Origin: a virus
Length of the DNA stretch: 64,000 nt
Virus record (IMG/VR): IMGVR_UViG_2856349417_000002
Coordinates: 1-64,000 of that record
Direction: 5' to 3' (one strand)
How positions within the stretch are numbered: the first letter of the stretch is position 1; the number at the start of each line of letters is the position of its first letter. The position numbers were made by a program, and so were the translations under genes. The notes under the pieces are model-generated. The model searched no databases. It saw only the letters and a program-made list of their open reading frames with translations, and was not told where the DNA came from. Below, one piece after another: positions 18,701 through 26,284 of this stretch.

Positions 18701-19037
18701 CGCCAGTCGTTCCGATGCGATTGATCTCGGCGGTAGCGGCGGCGGCCGCCGAACCCGCCTGTGAAATGGCGGCCGATGCCTGCTGGGACGACGTGGTGAC
18801 TTTGCCCAACGCCGCCGTGGCCTGCGTGCTGGAGCCCGACATCCTGGCGAGAAGCGCATTGGTCTGGTCAACGCTGGCCGCGATCTTCGCCAGGCTTTCC
18901 GAGACACCAGCACCGGAGAGCTTCTGGCTGATCTGGGCGTCGAACGTCGCGGCGAGTTGGTTGGCCTTGGCAAGAGCCTGCTCGAACGGCGCGATATTGC
19001 CGCCGATCTGGATCGTAACGGTACCGGCTACTTCCAC
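15774..19037 (-). CDS. Tail tape measure protein (1087 aa)
   Basis: Supported by its size, its Ala/Gly/Ser/Gln-rich helical composition, and its position between the chaperone and the distal tail genes. GTG start follows AAGGA. Confidence 0.9.
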   Translation of the reverse strand: MEVAGTVTIQIGGNIAPFEQALAKANQLAATFDAQISQKLSGAGVSESLAKIAASVDQTNALLARMSGSSTQATAALGKVTTSSQQASAAISQAGSAAAAATAEINRIGTTGATAGLGAATVSAKEFAAALEAAGGDLKKVNVTLEEQSQEVKAVTDALRGYSQAQIDAFRSQQQGENFNRDLTERIGIIDTATKSARESAAVFQALGVTETEVALGARSMATEFTHGASAARLSGAQIAELGHIARSTAGTLLAGGSAMQALGYEANRIASVLTIGQGGVGGTLKALGDMAGATFGRLTSLATSTPGLIATAGIGAIAAVSAYVISARNDIKSVDEVLKEHKALIDEVAGAYPEAAKAAASYAEAAKRIPKSVATADIVEQAKENKKTLDDTMGYLSTRLTMLSQEWGLVGTAGTKAFADLAEIAKSGAADAADQLESALGRLRIDPALNENAHQFAKELQSDATAAAKLQDALKEKNAIKDIVADGKRASQSLYDVSKGFKDIGSSAGGADATIAKLFGTLNSGATDRFGVLRSAGNIGGQFASSVQTTLGAFQQVNDAVQLARQSQLQSYLELGSQLRSTKQDIDTVKQAIATSAGRDNIDAYFGDISNIKGAQQAISDATSTVHKLFDALKTGNASVSGVYQSLDMVRQSLIGAGLGADQVNKFVDSLVRAYQQMNADSSAARQLNAAIQAIKNRTVTITVVTRKVGTGTQTTYDVPNSNGGTSGVGVTRYGGADGESSGPSLSSYSVPTEGGSYGSQGGSGGSGSSTVNVTRFGGARAAGGPVDAQTPYWVGEHGPELVVPKGAGTVIPNAQSVMFHQALADAQSGFTGREPTREDDRLWTVLMNVEANTRKTAQILDDIKTATASSASALSGGSSSGGSSTGTGTTRDPQYQQYLDVLKQVRANFQAAGVLSGQPIGYGLGRSASPQQIAHNIVYGGASPLGAAGSTSYERDSAAAYSEGIRSVFRGVNNLVDANGQPVKTYPGFDTGGMIGGGPGDTQKVEFFKNPNERVIIARPDQFQDVRQQPAANQNSASSATDRPINISMPIYIQGGAQVSKDSIAEMKRQATMAVREAIRGINGR

Positions 19038-19113
19038 GAGCGAATTTCCTTAATTGCCACCAAGCGAGCGCCTGGATTAGCTTCTGAGGATCGAAGGGAC
19101 GGGAGGGACGCCA

Positions 19114-19401
19114 ATGGACAATTGGCTGAAAGGACTGGTCGCGCTGGCCTGCCTGGTAGTCTGCGCCGCAGGCGGCATCTACATCTGGTCGGTCTGGCGA
19201 GAGAGCCGTGACGCGGCCGAGCACCAAGCCGCGGTGTTCGAATTTCTCAATGCGAAATCTGGCGATGTCGAAGCGGCGACCGCGACCTGCAAGAAGGCCA
19301 AGCGAAACCTGGAGAACGCCGTCGATCTCGGCTGGAACGAAGAAACCATCGCTTTCGCCCGCAAGATGATCGCGGTCTGTAAGGGGAATGGCTTCCTCTA
19401 A
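19114..19401 (+). CDS. Membrane-anchored 95-aa moron on the opposite strand
   Basis: Strong RBS GGGAGGGA (19101-19108). N-terminal TM helix LKGLVALACLVVCAAGGIYIW. Its stop is 1 nt from the convergent stop of the T-frame ORF. Confidence 0.6.
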   Translation: MDNWLKGLVALACLVVCAAGGIYIWSVWRESRDAAEHQAAVFEFLNAKSGDVEAATATCKKAKRNLENAVDLGWNEETIAFARKMIAVCKGNGFL

Positions 19402-19402
19402 T

Positions 19403-19654
19403 TCATGGCGGCCGCAGAACGCGCCTTGGCGCCATCGAAAAGAGCACGGCCGGCGTGAATTTCGGCAGCTCCGCCGGCTTCGGCGCCGGCGCGTCGCTGC
19501 GTCCAAAAAGGCCCCTGAGGAAATCTGCCTGACTATCGATCGCCATCAGGATGGCGAGGCAATCGGTTTTCATGGCCTTGTCGAAGGACCAGAGCAACCG
19601 TCCCATGGCGACGCGTACGAGACCCTCCGCGTATTCCTCAAGAGTTACAAAGGG
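19403..19654 (-). CDS. T-like -1 frame extension of the tail assembly chaperone (G-T fusion, C-terminal part)
   Basis: The -1 frame is open from the slippery site to TGA at 19405-19403 (83 codons). It contains track ORF 19403-19606. Confidence 0.55.
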   Translation of the reverse strand, partial: PFVTLEEYAEGLVRVAMGRLLWSFDKAMKTDCLAILMAIDSQADFLRGLFGRSDAPAPKPAELPKFTPAVLFSMAPRRVLRPP

Positions 19655-20004
19655 CCTTTGTCGCCCTCCTGATCGTCCTTGTCATCCGCCGCCTGTGTCA
19701 GCGGTCGCCCGCCATTGGTGAGGATCGAGGCGAACGTCGAAAGCTGTGGCAGAAGCTCGAGCAGAGGCGTGCACGCCACCGACATCATCATCTCGCGGGC
19801 GGCCTTGCCTTCCAAGCCAAGCCCTGCGACCACGGTGTCACCCATCGCCTTGACGTTGAGCCTCTGAATGGCGCCAATCAGCGGCGCGAGGCCGTCATAT
19901 TTGCCGGACAGCGTGATGATCGCGTCCGGGGAAGGAATGAGTTCATAATCCACGCCGTCGATCTCGACGGCAACGCGGGCTTTCTTGAGGTCTGCGAGAG
20001 ACAT
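19645..20004 (-). CDS. Tail assembly chaperone (gpG / GTA g10-like, 119 aa)
   Basis: Track ORF between the major tail protein and the tape measure, with an acidic C-terminus. Confidence 0.8.
   Translation of the reverse strand: MSLADLKKARVAVEIDGVDYELIPSPDAIITLSGKYDGLAPLIGAIQRLNVKAMGDTVVAGLGLEGKAAREMMMSVACTPLLELLPQLSTFASILTNGGRPLTQAADDKDDQEGDKGPL
19648..19654 (-). other. Candidate -1 programmed frameshift heptamer C CCU UUG
   Basis: Fits the X XXY YYZ pattern in the G frame, directly before the TAA stop (19647-19645). Confidence 0.55.
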
Positions 20005-20024
20005 GGTTCACCTTACGCTTGAGG

Positions 20025-20052
20025 AAAAGGGCCGCCGCACTCGTGGCGGCCC
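20025..20052 (-). terminator. Attenuating terminator after the major tail gene
   Basis: Minus strand reads GGGCCGCC-acgagtgc-GGCGGCCC followed by TTTT. Confidence 0.7.
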
Positions 20053-20065
20053 CGAGGGAAGCGGC

Positions 20066-20800
20066 TTACTCAGCCGCCGGGACTTCGATGATGTCGGAGT
20101 TGATGCCGAAATCGAACTGCAGCTTGATCACGTTGTCCGGGCCGGTGCCCATCACGCGCTTGAAGGCCATGACCTTGCCGCGGTAGTAGGCAACCGTGCC
20201 CGAGGGAACGGTCGTGAAGGTATGGGTGCCGCTCTGGGTGCCCGTGGTGGTGATCGCCGAGCCGCCAGATGTCGCCGACAGCGTGAAGGTGTCCGACGTG
20301 GGGACAGTCTTGACGTAGTAGTCGGTCGCAGCGGCCAGACCGGTCGGCAGCGCGCCGGTGGTCGAAAGCTGGATCACGTCGCCCACTTCGAGGCCGTGGC
20401 CCGTGGCAGTGAAGACGCCGGGCGCGGCGATGGTGACGGTGAAGGTCGCGGAACGCGCCACCGGTGCGTCGTTGAACACCACCTTGGCATTGAAGTCCTG
20501 CGGCGACGCTTTTGCCGCCTTCACCGCGATCTGGCCGGGATCGGTAGCGTCGAAGCCGGCGATGAGCTGCTGGACGCCGGCATCGTTCGAACCTTTGAGG
20601 TGCTGCGCGCGGGAATCGTCGAGGCCGAGGAACTTGACGTCCGTGGCAGTATCGCCGAAATCGCCGACCGTCTCCATCGGCTTGACTTGGGTGTAGGTGT
20701 CGGCCTGGAATGCGGCGAGCGCGGTTGCGTAGGAGGTGAAATCGATGCTGGCGGTAGTGCCCAGGTAGAATTTTGCACCGGCTGTGGCGAAAATGGACAA
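20066..20800 (-). CDS. Major tail protein (244 aa)
   Basis: TTG start lies 6 nt after AAGGAGA. Supported by its position upstream of G/GT and by the terminator that follows it. Confidence 0.8.
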   Translation of the reverse strand: MSIFATAGAKFYLGTTASIDFTSYATALAAFQADTYTQVKPMETVGDFGDTATDVKFLGLDDSRAQHLKGSNDAGVQQLIAGFDATDPGQIAVKAAKASPQDFNAKVVFNDAPVARSATFTVTIAAPGVFTATGHGLEVGDVIQLSTTGALPTGLAAATDYYVKTVPTSDTFTLSATSGGSAITTTGTQSGTHTFTTVPSGTVAYYRGKVMAFKRVMGTGPDNVIKLQFDFGINSDIIEVPAAE

Positions 20801-20947
20801 GGTCGGTCTCCTTCGTTGGGATCGGCCGCTTCACAGCGGTCGGGGGTTGAGCCAGAGGCTTCCTTCTGGTCTGACGCCTCACGGCGCGGTGACGCTGGGA
20901 CTGGCGCGTCTCACGACGGGCCGAGCCGGCTTGCTGGGCCGGTTTCT

Positions 20948-21391
20948 CTACGGTTGGGCGAACAGGTCGATCGTCAGCGTGACGCGGCGGCCGACATCGG
21001 TGTCGTCATCGACGGGCGCGGGCACCGGTCCGCGGGCGCGGATCATCACGACCTTGTAAAGGTTGACCGTGAGCGCTTGCGGCTGGCGGTGGAACAGCAG
21101 GCGGATTTTCTCCGCGATGCTGTCGACGGTGCGCAGGTCCTTGGACTGTTCGCCATAGGTCGAGATGTCGATCGAGACGGTCGGGCGGTAGTCGCTGAGG
21201 CCGTCGCCGTCGAGCAGCGCGGCGATCGGCCCGATGACTGTAGAGGGCGCCACCGCATCCGCCGGAATCGGCCGCCGCGTATGCACCGACGGCTCGCCGT
21301 TGAACAGGCCGTGCAGATTGGCAATGGCAGTGTTGGCGATGATGGCGGCGCGCAGGCCAGGCAAGAGCCCGTCGAGCGAGGGCGCGCTCAT
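20948..21391 (-). CDS. Tail completion / head-tail joining protein (DUF3168-like)
   Basis: Track ORF. ATGA overlap with the upstream gene. Position is typical of GTA g8-like proteins. Confidence 0.7.
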   Translation of the reverse strand: MSAPSLDGLLPGLRAAIIANTAIANLHGLFNGEPSVHTRRPIPADAVAPSTVIGPIAALLDGDGLSDYRPTVSIDISTYGEQSKDLRTVDSIAEKIRLLFHRQPQALTVNLYKVVMIRARGPVPAPVDDDTDVGRRVTLTIDLFAQP

Positions 21392-21792
21392 TTCAGCACC
21401 GCCGCGATTTCCTCGGCGAAGTCCTTGTTGATCTCGTCCTGCTTGTTGGCGAGCGCCTGGCGGGCGAAGGGACGCGGCTCCATGTTCTGCGTGCCGTGCT
21501 CGAGCGCTTCGGCATGCGCGGCCGACCAGACGGCGGTACCGCTGATCGCCTTGGTGTCGTACTCAGCGTGGCCGGACTGGACGAGGCGGCCGGTGTCGCT
21601 CGCCGGCGGTTCGCCCGGCGCCGAGGCCTGGTGCTTGATGCCGCGGCGCTCATAGATCTTGCCCGACTTCGGCGTGTCGAGGATCAGGCTGGTGCCTTCC
21701 TCGACCACGCTCTCGGTGGCGCGCACCACGGCCTGCAGCGCCGCCTGACGGACCTTGGCCATCACGGCCGCTCCGTTCCATTGGACGCTCAA
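21388..21792 (-). CDS. HK97 gp10-family head-tail joining protein
   Basis: TTG at 21792 lies about 7 nt after GGAG. An alternative ATG is at 21762. The core is PKSGKIYERRG...EPPASDTGRL...AEALEHGT. Confidence 0.75.
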   Translation of the reverse strand: MSVQWNGAAVMAKVRQAALQAVVRATESVVEEGTSLILDTPKSGKIYERRGIKHQASAPGEPPASDTGRLVQSGHAEYDTKAISGTAVWSAAHAEALEHGTQNMEPRPFARQALANKQDEINKDFAEEIAAVLK

Positions 21793-21814
21793 GGCAGTCT
21801 CCGGTCTGTAGGGA

Positions 21815-22102
21815 CTATTTCGGCCGACTTCGCTTTCGCGTCCGGCTTTTGGTGAGGACTTGCGCCACCTCGCCGATGAGGCCTGCGACCTTCTCGCTCT
21901 CCGCCTCGTCGAGCGTACCGAGAAGCGGCCGCAATGCCTCGGCGATGCGGCTGGCAGCGTCGTCCGCGTTCGTCTCACTCAAGCGTTCAACGATTTCCCG
22001 ATTCAGGCTCTTGCCGCCCTTGCGACGCATGCCTTCAACGATGTCAGCGAACAGGTCTTCCGGCAAACGAACATGAAAGTGGCGCGGCGGGGTCTTCTTC
22101 AT
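21815..22102 (-). CDS. Arc/MetJ-type ribbon-helix-helix DNA-binding protein
   Basis: FHVRLPEDLFADIVEGMRRKGGKSLNREIVERL matches the Arc-like pattern (f.lRlP.eL...A...grS.N.EIv.rL). An alternative GTG start is at 22111. Confidence 0.7.
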   Translation of the reverse strand: MKKTPPRHFHVRLPEDLFADIVEGMRRKGGKSLNREIVERLSETNADDAASRIAEALRPLLGTLDEAESEKVAGLIGEVAQVLTKSRTRKRSRPK

Positions 22103-22251
22103 ACCCGCCACTTATCCACAAACCCTATCCCGCTGAAATGCTTCCACAAATGGCCAATATTGCGAAAAGCGGTACTACTTTATTAACGCTGCTCACAAGA
22201 TGTAACGCACAGACACAGTCAGCGAGCTTAGACTTATTGTCAGCCTGACCA

Positions 22252-22479
22252 TTGGGGATCCGGGAATTGCCTCAGACTGACATGGGAGCCGTCGAGCGGC
22301 GCAGCGCTTCGATTGCTCAAGCATTCTGCCGACATGCGGCCAACGAAGAAGTCGTCGGCCGAACTACAGCGATAGATGAAGCCGTCGCCGAGATGATCGG
22401 CGCCGTCGAGTTCCTGGCGAAGACACTTGGCAAGACTCACGCCCGCCGGGTTGTCGCCGCTATGCTCGAAGTGACCTAG
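22252..22479 (+). CDS. Possible small helical protein divergent from the Arc-like gene
   Basis: Track ORF (TTG at 22252, alternative ATG at 22282). No clear RBS. GC3 is about 68% by hand count. Its stop shares CTAG with the convergent gene 22476-22856. Confidence 0.35.
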   Translation: MGIRELPQTDMGAVERRSASIAQAFCRHAANEEVVGRTTAIDEAVAEMIGAVEFLAKTLGKTHARRVVAAMLEVT

Positions 22480-22856
22480 GCGGTCTGGTCTCTGATCTCG
22501 AAGCACTGGAGCGCATAGGTGGCGTTCGCCGGGTCGATGCTTTCGATGGCGCGCACCTTGTGCCATGCGCTGCGGATCAGGACCTGATCGTCCTGCTTCG
22601 GCGCGGTGCCGATGCTGCCGGCGATGATCAGCACGCGCACGTCGGTCGAGGGGATGCCGGCCTGGGCGCGGAAGGTCGCGGTATAGTCCTCGCGGATGCC
22701 CTCGAACGGGTATGTCGCGACGCTGCCGCTGTTCGGATCGCCGAAACTGTCGTTGCCGGTGCCCGGCACCTCGCGGCGCAGCGTGCCTTTCAGCAGCTTG
22801 CCCTTGAAGGCCTTGGCGATCGTCTTGGCGAGCTGGGCCTCAAGCTGACTGGCCAT
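22476..22856 (-). CDS. Head-tail joining (head-closure-like) protein, 126 aa
   Basis: Internal ATG at 22856 (MASQLEAQ...) of track ORF 22476-23030. Overlaps the upstream gene by 17 nt. Confidence 0.7.
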   Translation of the reverse strand: MASQLEAQLAKTIAKAFKGKLLKGTLRREVPGTGNDSFGDPNSGSVATYPFEGIREDYTATFRAQAGIPSTDVRVLIIAGSIGTAPKQDDQVLIRSAWHKVRAIESIDPANATYALQCFEIRDQTA

Positions 22857-23562
22857 CGCCTTCGGCCGGCTGGGTTTCCTCGGTGGTCTCAGCGACCGGC
22901 TCGCTGGTCTCAGCGACCGGCTCGCTGGTCTCGGCCGGCGGCGGCTCCGCTTCCGGTTCGGGCGCGGGCTCCTCGACCGGAGCCGGTGTGTCGGTGGCCG
23001 GCGGCTGCACTGCTGCGGCGCGCTGCTCAACCTCCAGTTCGATCAGCGCGTCAGCGTCGGCGACATCGGTGATCGGCTCGGCGCCGGGCTGGAGCGCATT
23101 GGCGAGCGCGATGCGGTCGGCCTCGGCAAGCTCTTTCCAGTGCTCCGGAATATTTTCAGGAATATTTTGCACGACATTTGTTGTCGGGTTCAACGCTGCC
23201 TCGCGGCGCGCGATCTCCGCTTCGATGATGGCGATGGCGGCATCCTTATTGCGGATGGCGCTGTCGGTGAATTTCGCGGCGAGTTGCCGGATGGTCGGGC
23301 CGCCCTTGATCTCGGGGAGCCATGGCAGATCGCGCCAGCCTTCGGCGATTTCCTCGCCGATGTGCTCGATCTCGGCCTCCACCGCCTCGACCATAAGGAT
23401 CTTGCGTGCCTCGTACATCTGGCGCAGGCGCCTGGTGTTGACGAGGGTCTTGTCGATGGGATCGCCGGGAACGAGGTCCTGGCCGCCAAGGATCATGACC
23501 TTGTTGGCGACGAAGTCTCGTTCCCGGTCGAATAGTTTGAGCCAGATGGACGCTTTTGCCAT
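22840..23562 (-). CDS. Head-associated protein with an acidic Pro/Glu-rich repeat tail (240 aa)
   Basis: Track ORF directly downstream of the capsid gene. The C-terminus reads ...PAETSEPVAETSEPVAETTEET... Confidence 0.7.
   Translation of the reverse strand: MAKASIWLKLFDRERDFVANKVMILGGQDLVPGDPIDKTLVNTRRLRQMYEARKILMVEAVEAEIEHIGEEIAEGWRDLPWLPEIKGGPTIRQLAAKFTDSAIRNKDAAIAIIEAEIARREAALNPTTNVVQNIPENIPEHWKELAEADRIALANALQPGAEPITDVADADALIELEVEQRAAAVQPPATDTPAPVEEPAPEPEAEPPPAETSEPVAETSEPVAETTEETQPAEGDGQSA
22885..22933. repeat. 21-bp tandem repeat x2.3 (GGTCTCAGCGACCGGCTCGCT)
   Basis: Two perfect copies (22885-22905 and 22906-22926) plus a partial third. Encodes ETSEPVA repeats on the minus strand. Confidence 0.9.
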
Positions 23563-23603
23563 TGCTTGTTGTCCTCTGCTTGGATTGGGTGACCGGCGCC
23601 CGG

Positions 23604-24626
23604 TTAGGCGATGATCGAGGTGAAGAAGACGCCGCAGGTCGCCGCGACGAGCTTCTGGTCGTAGGCCATTTCGCCTTCGACGCGGTCAGCCTTGAGGTGC
23701 TGCATGCGGAAGGACGAGATCACCTGGCCCATGTTGCCCTGCCCCGGCAGGTAGCCGGTCCACGAGAAGGTGTAGCCGCCGGACGGCTGCAGGATCGAAG
23801 GCTGCGGCGCGGCATAGACGAGAAGCGCCTTCTTGCCGGCGATGAACGCCGTGGTCATCGACGTTTCGAAGGTCGGGTTCTCGGCGCTGGTGGCCTGGAT
23901 GCCATCCATGATCGAGATCTCGTCGAGCTCGAAGAGCGCGGCGGCAGCCTGGCGAGAAACGATCGCCGGGTTGTTGTTGCCCGAGGTGTACTTGATGCGG
24001 TCGATCAGGTCCGGGTGTTCCGACAGCTGCGTCCACACCTGGCGGCCGAGCACCAGTTTGTTGGGGCGAAGGCCGTTGAGAAGGTGGATGTTGTCGGACT
24101 GCGCCTTGACGTCGCTGATCGGGTTCGACGCGGCGTCGTTCCACTGCAGCACCTGGTTGGTAGAAGGCGAGGACGCAACACCGGTGATGTCGCCGTTGGT
24201 GCCGTCGATTCCGGTCCAGACGCTGGTGGTGAAGTAGCTCGCAGCCCAGGTCACCTCGCGGCTGATCAGGCCCTGCTGCGAGAGCCACAGCGTGGCGTCG
24301 CGGTCCATGTTGAGCGGCGAGTCCGCATTGGCGCGGATCTGGTCGTCGACGTCCTTATGCAGGCCCCAGACATTGGCGAAGTACGTCGGCGTGGAGTCGA
24401 TCTTCCAGCCGCTGCCAGCCGATTCCGTGCCGGGCGCGCGCTTCTGGTACTGGTTCCTCCAGAAGTCCGAGCGGTCATAGCGGAAATACCGATCGGCCTG
24501 TTTCATGACGGGGATGTTCGGGAACACCTTGTCGGCGACGAAGCCGGCTGCGTCCTGCATGTAGGCGATCGAGATGTTGGTGAGCGGCCGATTTACGTGG
24601 ACCGCGCTTGCCGTAGGATTGGGCAT
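23604..24626 (-). CDS. Major capsid protein (340 aa)
   Basis: GGAGA RBS. Supported by size and by its position after the scaffold and decoration genes. The N-terminal pattern VFPNIPVMKQADRYFRYDR...RAPGTE is as seen in capsid-E-like proteins (from recall). Confidence 0.85.
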   Translation of the reverse strand: MPNPTASAVHVNRPLTNISIAYMQDAAGFVADKVFPNIPVMKQADRYFRYDRSDFWRNQYQKRAPGTESAGSGWKIDSTPTYFANVWGLHKDVDDQIRANADSPLNMDRDATLWLSQQGLISREVTWAASYFTTSVWTGIDGTNGDITGVASSPSTNQVLQWNDAASNPISDVKAQSDNIHLLNGLRPNKLVLGRQVWTQLSEHPDLIDRIKYTSGNNNPAIVSRQAAAALFELDEISIMDGIQATSAENPTFETSMTTAFIAGKKALLVYAAPQPSILQPSGGYTFSWTGYLPGQGNMGQVISSFRMQHLKADRVEGEMAYDQKLVAATCGVFFTSIIA

Positions 24627-24695
24627 TTAAGTCTCCATTTGTAGGAAAACGGCGTCGTCGCGACGCGGTTGATGGGAGGGTGGAAAGCGCTGGTC

Positions 24696-25070
24696 TTACG
24701 GAACAGCGGCCTGCGGCTGGAACTCGATCGAGCCGATCAGGTTGGCGCCGGCGGGGTTCTCGACCACGGTGCCGAGGACGAAGTTGCCGGTGGCGCCGGT
24801 CTGCACATCGCCGCTGGCATTGGTCGCGATCGCCACGCCCGGGTTGACCGAGGCGGAGAAGCGAACCTTGGTCTGGCCGGCGACGGCGACGGTAGCGGCC
24901 TTGCCGGCCGCATCCGGCGTGTTCTGCAGCACGCCGATGGCGCGCTCGCCGGCGGCGGAGCAGGCGATGACCTGGCCGCTGGTGTTGAGCTTGACGAACC
25001 GGAACTGCGAACCCGACAGGTCGGCGCCTGCCGGATACGTCCGGGTATTGAGGGTGCTTTCGGTAGCCAT
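24696..25070 (-). CDS. Capsid decoration/cement protein (DUF2190-like)
   Basis: AGGAGG RBS. The 124-aa beta-rich sequence ...GERAIGVLQNTPDAAGKAATVAVAGQTKV... is typical of DUF2190. Confidence 0.8.
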   Translation of the reverse strand: MATESTLNTRTYPAGADLSGSQFRFVKLNTSGQVIACSAAGERAIGVLQNTPDAAGKAATVAVAGQTKVRFSASVNPGVAIATNASGDVQTGATGNFVLGTVVENPAGANLIGSIEFQPQAAVP

Positions 25071-25114
25071 CTAGGCCTCCTGGAGGGTTGCTTGCCGCTG
25101 GCGCGGCGCCAATG

Positions 25115-25136
25115 AAAAGGCCGCCCGGAGGCGGCC
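25115..25136 (-). terminator. Internal terminator between the scaffold and decoration genes
   Basis: Minus strand reads GGCCGCC-tccg-GGCGGCC followed by TTTT. Confidence 0.65.
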
Positions 25137-25165
25137 TGTTGGTGAGGATGCTTGGGAAGCGTGGC

Positions 25166-26284
25166 TTACTGCGCCTGCGGCTGTGCCCGCTTGGCATAGA
25201 GCTCGCGGCCCTTGTCGGTCTCGAGCACCTGGCTGTAGGCCTTCGCCTTCGAGATGTTCTCTTTCTTGGCGAGGTCGTCGGCCATCTTCTCGAGCTCGGC
25301 CTCGGGGCTGCCCGCGACTTCGTGCTTGTTGATGCCGACGGTCGTGAAGGCGGCGGTTGCCAGCTTCTCAGCCTGCTTGAACACCGCATCGAAGGCCTTG
25401 CGGACATTCTCGTCAGCGACCTTGCTGATCGCCTTGAGCATGCCGGCGCGCTCTGCCGTGGTGCCGGGAACGTGGGAAAACTCGTCATCGGCGCGCTTTT
25501 CCATGCGCGCGTTCTCGGCGTCGTCACGGGCCTTCTGCATCTCGGCAGCCTGCGCCTTGAAGATGGCAAACGAGGCTTCGCCGACGGCGGACTTGCGCAC
25601 TTCGGTCTCGCCGACCTTGAGCACTTCGTCGTTCTTGGCGAGGTCGGCCGCCTTGGTGAGGTCGGTGACCTTGGTGTTGGCCGTTGCGAGGTCCGCATTG
25701 GCCTTGGCGAGGTCGGCTTCCGCCTTCTCCGCGCGCTTGGTGAGATCGGCAACCGACTTTTCCAGGTCGGCGACCTTCTTGGCATCGTCAGACATCGGAT
25801 TCTCCTTGTTCCTGACGTGATCGCCGGACTGCCCGGCATAGGTGACCGCGCTTTTGGCGAGGTCGGTGAAAACTTTCTCCATCTCGGCTTCGGCGTCGGG
25901 AATGGCCGCCGTCACCGCCGATTTGAACTGGTCGATCGATGTGGCGATGGCCGCGACCTTGCCGGCCTCGTCCATGGCGGTGTCGGCGACGATCGAACGG
26001 ATGGAATCGGTGAGCGCATCGAAATACGGCCAAAGCTCCTGGCTGACTTCCGACTGGCGCCGACACTCTTCCGTTGCGGCGAACAGATCGGCAAAGGAGC
26101 GCGGGCCGGGCGGATTGCCGGAACTTGACATAACGCCATAGAGGTCCTTGGCGATGCGATCGGCGTCGATCTTCGCGCCGCCGGCGCGCTTGATGATCGC
26201 AACCGTCGCATGCTCCTGGCAGGGGCGATCGACCGCGGCGATCTTGTCCAGCCGGAGACCCGTGAGGATGCGTGTCTTGGCCAT
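25166..26284 (-). CDS. Scaffolding-like coiled-coil protein (372 aa)
   Basis: Long Ala/Lys/Glu/Asp coiled coil. TGATG overlap with the protease gene. Positioned upstream of the capsid gene. Confidence 0.7.
   Translation of the reverse strand: MAKTRILTGLRLDKIAAVDRPCQEHATVAIIKRAGGAKIDADRIAKDLYGVMSSSGNPPGPRSFADLFAATEECRRQSEVSQELWPYFDALTDSIRSIVADTAMDEAGKVAAIATSIDQFKSAVTAAIPDAEAEMEKVFTDLAKSAVTYAGQSGDHVRNKENPMSDDAKKVADLEKSVADLTKRAEKAEADLAKANADLATANTKVTDLTKAADLAKNDEVLKVGETEVRKSAVGEASFAIFKAQAAEMQKARDDAENARMEKRADDEFSHVPGTTAERAGMLKAISKVADENVRKAFDAVFKQAEKLATAAFTTVGINKHEVAGSPEAELEKMADDLAKKENISKAKAYSQVLETDKGRELYAKRAQPQAQ

Noticed and set aside
22885-22933. CRISPR-like array
   Set aside because: This is a perfect tandem duplication without spacers inside a coding region. 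No repeat-spacer architecture exists anywhere in the window.
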